NCBI RefSeq assembly: GCF_036669915.1
Contig: NC_089320.1
Span: forward strand, 15,915,874-15,979,873
From: Pocillopora verrucosa
Taxonomy: Eukaryota
Direction of reading: 5' to 3'
Length of the DNA stretch: 64,000 bases
Shown: in pieces, positions 24,601 to 36,600 of the stretch
Layout: every line of letters begins with the position of its first letter
How positions within the stretch are numbered: position 1 is the first letter of the stretch
Notes under the pieces: generated by a model
What the model was told of the DNA's origin: nothing
Seen by the model: only the letters and a program-made list of their open reading frames with translations
Database searches by the model: none
Program-made: the position numbers and the translations under genes

Positions 24601-27600
24601 GCAAGTTGCTTCCACCAGACTGCTGTAACTGACAAAATCGTTTTTGATCTTCAGGACGACGAGTTTGCCATCTACAACGGGAACCAACAGAAAATAAGGT
24701 AACTGTAACAGTGCTTGGTGTCCATCACCTAGCTTTGAGGGTTGCAGTTAAGAGGACTTCATAGATCTGATTCATAAACTGCTTTACATTTTCTTTTAAA
24801 TTAGTTGGGAGGATTCGGTGTTATATCAACACATATTTTCTTGATAAGATTTTCCATTCTCGGTATTTGTTTGTTGGATAATAGATTCATATTAAAAAGA
24901 GACGGTGCATCTTGATCAATTCTGGATCTGTAAAATAAACTGAGGCCAAGCTTTGGCCGGGAAACGATTTTTCGTTTCTGGAAAAGCCTGAAGTGATACA
25001 GTCTCTCTTCCTTCCCAGAGTTGTTAGGGAGCTTACTTGAGGCTGTTTACTACCCTAAGTCACGTAATGCTAAAAAAAAAAAGTGCGTTAAGCCTCGGCA
25101 GTTATGCAGGGCCAGATTTATTTGATACTTTTTTTAGAACTATAACCTTTATTTACGATACGTGTGTGTAAAATATCTGTCCAAAGATCTTTAAAAATTT
25201 CCATTTTTTTGCAGATATCTGGTTGAGTTTGTGTTGCGTGGTGATGTTGTAGTCGCTGATCGAGATGATGCCTCGATTGATAGCGGGTTTTTCGATGATA
25301 GCTCGGAAGCTGCTCCCGAAGGTATTGAATGAACGTCCTCCATTTTGAAATTTTTTTTGTAGGTTTCTAAAATTAAGGTGACAGGTCGCTGTTATTCAAT
25401 TATATTATGGATAATAAATTGCGATATGAGTCTATTTGCTATTTGTTATTGCTTTTAAGCATGTTCTTACAATAGTTGAAAATGTAACTAGAGTTTTGAA
25501 CTGATTTCAAATGCTTTTTCCTAGACCATCGCGGCAGTGTAGTCCTAACGGATGTGATGTCAATTGTGGATCCTCTGACTAAAGTTGAGGCAGGACTTAA
25601 GGGAACTGGAGACAAGTCCATCCCGTTGCAGTCAGTTCATATTAGAGCTAGGCTGTTGGATTTGGCGGCTCAGGTTGGTCAAATTGCCGAGGAAAATTTG
25701 ATTAAGCTTATTTGGTAGGCTACATCATTCATTCCCTTTCTGATTGAGCTGCATCGCGATCTCTGATATTATGTCACATTTTTTCCGGTTTCTGGGCGCG
25801 AAAAATCAATTTCATCTTGAAGAAGGCTACAAAATATTAGATCGGCAAGGTGGAAAAACATCGAAGGGGAGAAGATAAACCAAGAGGGAGAAGTATGGTC
25901 AAGGATGGCGCAGATTGACACGGATTGCAAATTAGTAATGATTAGTAATGACTAATGATTAGTTTGATTAGACAGGAAAACACCAGAGAGGCAAGACTAA
26001 ACTAAGAAGGAAGACAAGACAAGACAACTTTATTTTACCAGGGTAGCCCAGTTAGCTGCAAGGCTGGTATCCTTAGGGGCCCTGGAAGAAGTAAGGTCAA
26101 GGATGGAGAAGATTCATACGGATTGCAAGCGATCTAGTTTAAGATGCCCGAAGCGTGACGTAGCTCCTATCGTCTCTCTCCAAGAGCTGTTTGAATTTTT
26201 GGCAATGATAAGCTTACAAATCATTTTTATATTCTTTTTTTTTTTTTTACCACAGGTGATAGTTTTTCAAGAGTACAGCAATAACAGCTCGACGCCCATA
26301 GAAGCTAAATACGTTTTCCCTCTCGACGACATGGCAGCAGGTTTGTCTTTAGTCGACGGCCTGATAGTTTATAGAAAAATTCGAAACTCTTTTTAAAAAA
26401 CTTGTGTGATGAACTTTCGAACTCCTGTAATTTGTATCTTGGCTACGGCAGATGACCTTCGGACTTGTGGTTATAGTTGAGGGGTAAACTTTGTTGGATT
26501 CTCATATTATCCAGGTGATTCACTTCTCTGTAATAGTTTTTTCCCTTGTTTTGGTTGAGAGAATGAATTCAAAATTAAGGGTTCACGTTGCCGACGAATC
26601 GGGCCCGCTGTTTTATCTTAACGGGGTTTAAAAAGCTCCCGAAGTACTGTTGAATAGAAGTTTAACATACCTTCTCTGTTGACGTCCTTCTGGTCATAGT
26701 TTGTGGTTTTGAGGCGTTCATCAATGGTAAGCATATCGTTGGTGAAGTGAAGGAAAAAGAACAAGCGCACAAAGAATATAGGGAAGCCATCAGCAAGGGG
26801 CATGGGGCCTACCTTATGGACGAGGAAACTCCGGTAGGTAACGTGTTTTCCACCTGATTTTCAACCACGAAACTTCATCTACGTTGTGTTGTGATATCGA
26901 AGTTGCTCATTTGAATTGAGTGAACACAAGAAGAATTTATAGGTCTAAAACTTCGAAAAGGTTACATTTTTTTAGTTATCCTGTCTCCTTCAAACAAAAT
27001 TTTGGCTATCATGCAATTCGTACACCTCCACCTTTGTAGCGAAGTCTTTGCTATTTTGAGATGAAGGTAATCGTGGATAGCTTTAGTGGTGGCCGAGAGG
27101 GATTACCTCCTCGTAGATTTCTTGAAACGTAGAATCTTTAGAGTAAATGTTCATTTGTTGTTATATGGAGTAAGACTGCGCCACCACCACAACATGTCGG
27201 CCCCTTTCTCCGAATTCTCTGGGTTCCTCAAGGTAACGCTAATAAGATCCCACCCTTTATTTATATCTCATATTTCTCTTGCTTATTTCATATTTACTCA
27301 GGATGTGTTTACAGTCAGTGTTGGAAACCTTCCTCCCGGTGCTCAAGTATTAATCAAGATAACTTATGTCACTGAATTAACAGTGGACGGCGAACACATC
27401 TGTTTCTCTCTCCCAGGCTCCGTGGCTCCGTGGACACGTGACAAGGCCTTAGAAGAAGTAACTCAGGTCATGAGCCACATTTTATGCCTTCTTTTACTTA
27501 CTTCTTTTGTGTTGTTGCGCGTTTGACTTCAACTTCATCGTTGAATCAAGTTCTTTTGTTTTTTTTTCTTATCAGACTTATGTGGATACAGTGCGGATAG

Positions 27601-30600
27601 GGGAAGTGGGACCCTGGTGAGTTCTGGGATGGGAGTGCGTTGATTTGTTGCTCGGGTGCAACCTTGAGAAATTAAGCTGCATTTCCTTTTTTTATTATCC
27701 TTTATTCGTTGTTCTCTTTCAGCGATCCCGCCTTTGACGTTTCTATGAAAGTGTCCGTGGAGATGCCCTTTGAGATTCGCTCACTTGACTCACCGACTCA
27801 TGCGATGAAAGTTAAGGTAATATTCATTCACTCACGCTTTTGTGGAGCACTTTTTCATTGCGTATCGAAAGATGTAACGGACTGCATTGGCTACTTTCAA
27901 CTATGTTTTGTGACTGGTCCAGAAAACTCGCGCCTTCTTCTTCTCAATTAATCAGTTACAAGACTAAACCGATCACGACTTGATCGCCCGCGTTTTCCTG
28001 CGCTTCACGATATTTTTCTCAAGTTTTGGTTTTAAAATACGCAATTGAATAGCGCTCTCTAGTTATATTTCTTGACTTCATTTCTTACTTGTGCCTTTCG
28101 CATTTCCTCTTCTATCCACGATTCTAGAGAGGAAGATTTTAATCGCCTTTTGTCAATTGTAAACTATATGTTGATAAAGGTAGATGAGTCGCTGCAGCGA
28201 ATTTTGAAAACCTAGCGTTTCGAGCATTAGCCCAGCATAACGTTGTTATCTGAATATTCATGTTTGTTTGTTTCTCTATCCAGCGAACAGCCACCAAAGC
28301 AGTGATAGAACTGGAGCCAGGCCAGTCTCTTGGGGATGGATTTCAACTTTTGATTGGTTTAGCAGAGATTCACGTACCCCGGATGTGGGTGGAGCGGCAC
28401 ACCAACAATTCAGATAGACAGGTCAGTGGTCAGCTCTCTAGTGTTATCTTTCACATTGAACACTTACAATCACTTGTACTTTTGATGTAAAGAGGCGGAA
28501 TAGCAAGGTTAATACTCAGGACCTGTGACGACCTGCCTTTCCATTCCAAAGTAGTTAAGATCCTCTTAGTTGCTTTCTGCTGTGGAAGAGCGATGAGGGC
28601 CACGTGTGTTCTTCTCTAAAGACCTTTAATCTCATGGACGCATTTTTCCTCTAGGCTTGTATGCTCACATTTTATCCTGAGTTCGAGGCTAAAAGTCCTT
28701 CTGAAGTTGAAGTGATATTTCTGCTTGATCTCTCCTGCTCAATGAAGGTCAGTGTTGATCTCTGTCAATATATTATTTGTACGTTTCTGTACAGAAGCGC
28801 GTAGTAGTTATGTTCTTCGCATGCTAAAGCAAATCCCTCTGGGGATCAAATGAGAGCTGTTCATTTCCGGCGCTAATCTCAAACTCCAGAACCATTTAAT
28901 TAGGAAATTTGCGTCATTTTTCTATGGTTTGTCCACAGCTGTTTAATCTCAGGTTGTGCTATTTGTACTTTCCGAAGGAAACGATAAGCCAGGGCAAGGA
29001 AGGTTCCTGGGTCAATTTTTGCCGGAAACGTGCCGCTGGCCTCTCAGAACCCCAACCCCATTGTAGTATATACTTTAGCCAATTACAGACCCCATCTTAA
29101 GGTGGTATGATACCTTCAAAAAGGGAAATTTTTTACATTATTTGAAACATTTTTATTAGTCCCTCCAGTGATAACACTCACTGAGAGAAATTGTTTGGCA
29201 CTGTTGTTGACACCATCTGTTACTATAGCAACAGGACCACGCCCACCAAACCCTCATTTTACAGGCATCACGCCAACAACAATAACTCTATAACAAAAAA
29301 TCCCATGGCTCTGAAATTTTCAGGATATCTTATGCATAGATGGATCTGTGCAATGAACCTAAATCATTTTATACAACATGGTTATAACCATGTCAAATAA
29401 TGAAAAACTTTCACATAAACAAATAATGGGCCCCTTCTGGAAAAAAATTTGCCTGCCATTGAATCATCAATTTACCTTTGTACTTTGTTTTAGGTTTATT
29501 GCACAGAAGCATCATTCAAGATTTTCTGTTGAAATTTCATGAAATTATCTTAAATAGTTTTTGAACTGAACATATTGAGCTACTCGGAGTTCTATCAAAA
29601 TGCAGTTTGATGGAAAAATGCATTTAAAAGTTGTATTTGGGTTTGAAAACCCTCTGTTCAATCTCTGAGCAAAGGAAGTGTCTTAAAATGCTCCAGCAGC
29701 ATAAGTAACACCCTCTGCTTGTTGGTCCTTGTCTTCTTTCTTCTTTCTTTGTCCCCTTAGGACCTTTCTCCTCTTTTTCCTTTCCTCGCTGTGTTTGTAC
29801 TCAGCACCACGAATTCGATCCATGTCAAGGTGCCTACACCCCTCTTCAGTGTATTTTCCTGGGGAAATTTTGAGTGCTTTTAGAAGCAGTAGAACAGCCC
29901 TTGCTCCAATATTGAAGTGGTTTATGGCATCAAACAAGCCAAATTCCAGCAAGTCAGCTCCCACGAAAACGTCCTTGGGAATGCGCTCCCACACCATTCC
30001 ATTTACAGCTTCATTCTGATTTTGGGTTTTTCCATGAAGGCATTTTTCTAGCAAAGAATCTTCACTTAATCTTTGGTATACAGGTTTGACTTTTGCAACT
30101 CAAAACTCAAAACTCAACTTTGCCAGGTTTTGATTCCATGGCATCGGACTTCTTAGTATGTTGACCGAGGGTGTTCGAACCATGTGCTTCTTCTTTCGCT
30201 TCTTTCGTCCTCTTGGCATTTTCTTTCGAAGGTTTCGTGAATTGATTTCCCGAAAACTTCCTTTTAGGACGCCTTATTGCACGATGCTTAGGAGGCATGG
30301 TTGTTAACGTGAAAAAAGAACGAGAAACAGGATAAAAAACTCAAAACGCTACGCCACTAGTATTGTTGTGAATTTCGCAACGACAATTTCTAGTGTTTCG
30401 CAGGCTCATCAACTACGACAGGCTAATCGTTGTTATGTACGGGGTAACAGAGAGTCCCTCGTCACGCAACGATCGTTTTCCGGGCGAAAACAACTATTAG
30501 GGGATTGTTTCTTCACTGTAAACAAGATAAAAACAAACCTGTTGCCCCTGGCAACCAAAGACCTGGTCTCAAAAATGAGTAAATACTGGACAACAAATAA

Positions 30601-33600
30601 CATTTTCATGAAAAATTAAACTGTGTCGTTAATACCAAGTGAAATACGGACCTTTTCCAGCAATAAAAATTTTTAGATAAAACTTCGAAATTTTTGCCTT
30701 TTTTAAGGTATCATACCACCTTAATCACTTTTGGTAACATGGTATCAACTTTTTAGCCGGGAATCTTCCCATCTTTAAATCCCTACTTGACAGAAACCTC
30801 CTACCCCTATAATGCCGAAAATGGGCGAACTCATTCTAGTAAATAAAGGGGGTAAGTTTCTAAAGAAACCGTGGTGCTGCATCGGTGGGAGAGTAATGTA
30901 TTATCAACTGAGTTGAAAAGGTAAATTGGCCACCGTAAAGAGTTTAAAAGCTGACGTTTTTAGCGTTAGCCCTTCGTCACACACAACCCACAATTCCTCC
31001 AATCGCTCTGACGAAGGGCTAATGCTTTGAAACTCTTTACGGTGGCCAATTTACGTTATCAATTCAGTTGATAATACTAAATTAACCATTTTAGTAACTC
31101 CATTGAAAATACGACCTCATTGCAGGCAATCCAGTCGTTTGAGCGACCCCATCCAGTGGCACATTCTCATTAGCCTTTTACAAGGAACGAACCAAGCTCT
31201 AGGGTTACTGTGAAATCTGATTTCAGATCTAAAAGCTTTAAAAGAAAATTCAGTCAAATTCTTTTTGTCTAGAATATGTCTATTTGATGCTTTAAAAATA
31301 ACATTGAAAACTACCCCGAAAAGGATTTTGAGTAAAGGAATAAAGAGACCCAGACTAAAATTTAATCCTGGGTTAGCGCTAATCGGCCTTCGAACAACTG
31401 GGCCCAGAACTGGGCCCAGAACTGCACCATTGTCCTTATTGCTCTGAAAAAAATATGTTATACCGCTGACATCTGTTTTCTCTAACAGGGTTCAAATCTT
31501 AACGACGCCAAAAAGATACTACTGATGTGCCTTAGTCTTGTGAAGGAAGGTTGGATTTTCAACGTACTCGTGTTTGGAAGCAGTAAGTTCATTTGTGTGT
31601 TAAAGGGATTTTTTGAAAAAAGATATACCACGGACTTACACATTGCAACTCAAATGCGTTTCTTCATTGGAAAAGAAAGTTTCATGTGTCTTATCTCATA
31701 CTAGTCCATGGTCATATTTTCGTCAGAATAGCTAATTGCACTCGCTCATGCGCCTCACATTCGTAGACTCCGTTGAAGCCACGTTAGACATAAGAAGGCA
31801 CCACTCCTAAAGCACGAAGATCAGAACAGTGCCAAAAGAGAGGCTCGAAAAAAATCTGTTTTAAACGAGACTTAGAGAAAATTTTTTAACAACTAATGTC
31901 TTCAGTTACCACGATGTTTGCACATACTCGTCCCCATGATGTGCAATGTTCCTGGAGCCGACACCACAACTGTGGTGCGATATTCGTGAACCGTTAGAGT
32001 GGAATCGAAATATCTGAAGTTTTAATTTTTGAACACATCTTAAAACACCTGGATTTAGATGTTAAATGGTGTGCATTTTGAAGCGTAATTTTGTAACAAC
32101 TCAAGCGTGCAAATATGAAATAACTATCCTTGAAAAACGCCAGTGCATTTCAGCATGATAATCAGTCACGCGTTAACGTCACGTCGTAACGATTGCGGAT
32201 TTCAAGACATTTAAAAAATTTCACTTATGGTGTGACGTATTTTCCTTTCTTCAAGTACTCCCTTCAAGATTCTTGAGCGTAAGCTTCTTCTCTCCAACCT
32301 TTTTATTTAAACCTCTGTTCAGTGTGTTCATAACTCTCAAATGAACAAAGCAATGGTTTAACTGTGCGAGAGAGAGAGAAAAAGAAACTTGGTTTTGCTT
32401 CATTCTTTACAGATATTGTGAAAATCACTCTATTCTGTCACGAGTCAATTATTTAGTCAAAAGATAATCAGACTCTTTAATTGATAGTAGTTTAAAGTCC
32501 ATATACTCAAAACTTTGAAACCATTATTAAATCCAACAGATACAGATGCTTTAGAAGGATTTTACTGTAAAGTTTTCTCCAGAATGTGTCTTTTAATTTG
32601 TCGTTTTCTAATGATTTTTCGTTATTTAAAATGTGCAACCCACGAAGATGACTTTGAACGTGCGCAAGTTAGATCTGCTCAGTTCTTACGTATTGTTTGG
32701 AATTTGCATAATTGTTTTTACAGTTTGCAATATCGATTCATCAACAAGCGAAGCGCCGGCGCCGGTTCAGAAAAACAAAAATATTTTTAGGAGCGGAGAA
32801 ATCGTTAAAAATGACGAAGGTGCTGACGAGACAAGGAAAGCTTCAACAAGTCGAACGAAACGGTGCGGTGATGTCGCACGATTTAGATGATAGTGTTTAC
32901 AAAAATGGGTCACGGAAAGGAGGTAAAACTGAAGAGGTCCACCGCTACTCCATGTTATTACGTGAAGATCAAATCCCACAAGCTTTCCGCACCGAGTTTC
33001 TTACGACAAGATACCGGCCGCGAAACCTGACCGCTCTCGATAGCGTGAAGAGTGTTTTCTACGCCAACAACGAGACAGTAAATTTCTGGAGCCATGTTCT
33101 CTCCGCCGTGATACTCATTGCCCGCTACTGCTCAGTGGTGTGGAACCATAATCCTTTCACTGATCATTTTTATTTTCCACTGGTGTCGTACACTCTCGGC
33201 TGCTGCATTATGTACACGATGAGTTGTGTGGCCCATATGTTCAGCTCTATGACCGAGCTACAAAACCACATCGGGTACTACCTGGATTACGCTGCTATCA
33301 GCGTATACACATTTACCAATGGCCAAGCCTTCTATTTTTACTGCCATCCGCTGGGATCTGGGCTCCTTTTGTTCGACTGGCGGGAGTTGTTCCTATTCGT
33401 TTCAGCCCTGATTTCGTTCAGTGCCACTTTCAACTGTTGCAAGTCTCGTCATCAGTGGTTCGATCTCCGTTTCATCATCCGCACCGGTTTCTACATCCTA
33501 TCCTGGTTGCACAACTGTTCACCGTACTTCGTTCGTCTGTTCGTGTGCTCTTCTGATCCTGCATGCAATCCCGATTCTCTTGGTCTCTTCGTAGGGTGTC

Positions 33601-36600
33601 TTATCTCGTTCGCCGCCGCTGCCTTAATGAATATGACCCGAATACCTGAACGGTTCGTTCCCGGGTTCTTCGATTTTATCGGGCAAAGTCACAACTTTCT
33701 TCATGTGCTTACCACTACCGGTGACCATTTTGCATTCTCCGTTCTCCTTTCGGATCTCTCAGCCAGAAAAGAATTCCTCATCACGGAACATACACCGAGT
33801 TTTTTCGAGACGATCGGTTTGACTCTTTTAGTTCTGGTTGGGAATCTCGCTATCGTACTCTGGTTTGCTAGGTCTTTAATTTCGAATTCATCCGGTAAAA
33901 TTGGACATGATAAATCTACTTAAACTGAACTTTTAAATTTCTGCGAAGGAAGGCGAGAAGTTCGCCTATGTTGCAAATACTGTAATTTGATCGAAGTGGA
34001 TGTTTCCTCCAAAAGTAAAATTTATGTTAAGTTTGCCATTGTTTTTCTAAAGAGGAACGCGTGAAAATTGTAAAGAAGAACAAGCGGTTTGCTTTCTACT
34101 GTTGAGATACATATAGTATGAATTTAGTTGAATATTTTTTATGTTATTTTAAGTACAGATGTTTTATGTCACCGAGGCAAGTTGTCCTCTTCAGAGAAAT
34201 GTCCGAAACTTTTTCTTTCAATTAGGACTTGATCTTTTAATGAGGTTTTTTATATATATTTTTAATTAGAAAGGTATTTGAATTCATTTTTTGCAGATAT
34301 CAATGGCCTGTTAACACTTCAGTGTTCCACGCTATTCTTGTGCTGATCATTGTAATGTAATGTCCATGAAAATTAGATGAAAATGAACTTTTTACAGACA
34401 TAGTACCTTTGTTCTACTTGTAAATTGATTTCATGATTGTCTTTACTCGCAAAATGTTTTTACCATTGTGGTTAAAACAAATTTTGAGACAGCTTTGGTC
34501 ATCGTACTCGAACTGTTATCAGAATAACTGCTTTTAAGTGGCGCACATTCAATCCTCGTTTCAGCAGCTCTCTTTAAATGAACGGCCCTCCAATAAAAAA
34601 TTAGAAACAATTGAAAAAAGCGCTCTCTTCAGTCCCTTTGTTGTAAGGACGAGTTACAAAACCTTTAAGAACAATGTTTTATTATGAGAGAGGATTAGAT
34701 TTCGGCGTTGATTCTTTGACTGGTTTATCACACTCGTCTATCCTTTCTTCCAATAACTGATAATAGATTCTAACTAAAGCATTTCAATAAAGGAAACCAT
34801 TTCCTTTTCTACATAGCGCTCATTGCAAAATTGTAAGTTGTGACCGATCCTAACATTCACCATCTTTCTATTCTACTCATAGTATCTGGTTTTTTGTTGT
34901 TGTTTTTTTCTTTGTTTTTTTCATTCTGCATCTTAAAGTGACCACATCTGGCCTCGTTTTTGGGAAAAATTCAATGAGTGTCTTCTCTTGCCCTTGTAAA
35001 AGCGCCCATTTATTTCCTATATTAAAATATACGCCCCAAACGCGAGGATTTTCAAAGGTGCTTGCTTCCGGATGTTTTTATGGGTCTGATGTAGTTGTTG
35101 TTTTATCAAGAGCTGCATGGAATTTTGATATGTTTCCTCGTGATACCTAATCTCAAGTAGAGAGAATAATATTATTTTCAGATATTACATCAACTTGTTC
35201 CTGTGGTAGCCCTGCTCGCATTGTGCGGGGCTCCACGTGAAGAGCTATTTTAAGAGCTCTATAAAGCAGTCTACTTTTAGTCTAGTTCAAAGGATATATT
35301 ACGACTTTGGAACTCTATCCACTTAGAGCATCCTTTTGGTGATATGTTATTGCATCTAAAAAATTCTTCTCAATAATTTAAGGGAATTATCCGTCTAGAC
35401 AGAAATTATAACAAGAAGACTGACTGTACGTGCGTTTCATGCATGCGCTTCAACCGTTACATTCAAGCAAACGTCGTGATTTATAGCACTACGATTAGCG
35501 AATTTCCGCTGAAACGCTAACGTTTCCATAGAAATTTGTTAAATAAAACTTTTCTGGTGACTTGATTGTCCAGAGTCATCACCTGCTTTGATGCTATAAA
35601 GAAACAAAAAAAGCGAGAAGCCCTCATGAGGGTACTGCTTCTAGCAACCTGTTTCTCTATCCAATGAATGAATTTTATCGTTTTGTTTCCGCTACAGTAT
35701 TGTATCACCTAGCTTTGTTAGTTCGTTATAATGTCAGTTTAAAGCTCATACCGAAACATCCCGCGAAGAAAACGAGGAAAATCAGATTCTGTTGATTTTT
35801 TCCTAGATAGAATAAATCACAACGGAATTGTTTTACAGATTTTTTACATACATCTCTGTACAATTAACTCCATTTCATGCGGTCCGTTTTTTTGTAATAC
35901 ATTGCAAAGTCGATGGTTCGAATACTCGTGAGTGGAATTGATAAATTTGTGGAGTTTATCACGAACGTTGTTTTTACTTGAAATACCAAATTTTTAACTA
36001 GTATTACTGTTTTGTTTCAAATTATTTTCAGTTTGGCCCATATTTACGCAAATATTCAAATATAACAGAGGGTCCCTCGAGACTTATACAATAAATATTA
36101 ACATGAATAATGGGACTTTCCTAATCTATCAAATTTATGCGCCACAGGCGAAAAAAATCTCTTTTGTTCGCCTTTATAATACTGGCAAAGGTAATTGCTG
36201 GCGTTCTAATGCTGGGAGATGCTTTCTAGAAAGATGATCTGGTAAATATTTAAAATTATATGACGTTAGTCAACGCGAGCAGACGCGCGTGGGATTCTAC
36301 AAGCCAGTTGCAATTGAACTTATTGTGCCATCCATTTCATACCGGTTTTAGCGCTGGCTTGTTTTGTTCGGGAATGTTGTATTAATCTGTGGTTTCGTGT
36401 AGTTCTTAATGAACTTTTCAAGAGAATGTCTGCGTATCTGTCCTGCCAGTGTAGCAGAGAACGATTTTATTTATTCATGATAAGCGTCGCGACTGGTAAG
36501 CGGTCCGATCAGCGCTTGGCGTTTTCAGAACTGGTAGCGGTTTGATATCAGTGCTTGACTTGACACCGGGTAAGCTCAAGGAAATTGAGCAAAAGCGAAA

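Noticed and set aside
27086-27526. 146-aa plus-strand ORF
   Set aside because: It is intron read-through around true exon 17 (27302-27466). The spliced exon model with AG/GT sites and phase continuity explains the coding signal.
32712-32810. Upstream in-frame extension of the first PAQR ORF (MFLQFAISIHQQAKRRRRF..)
   Set aside because: It is basic and low-complexity and does not align with the N-termini of mPR-type proteins. The ATG at 32811 (MTKVLTRQ..) gives an N-terminal length typical of the family, though the longer form cannot be excluded.
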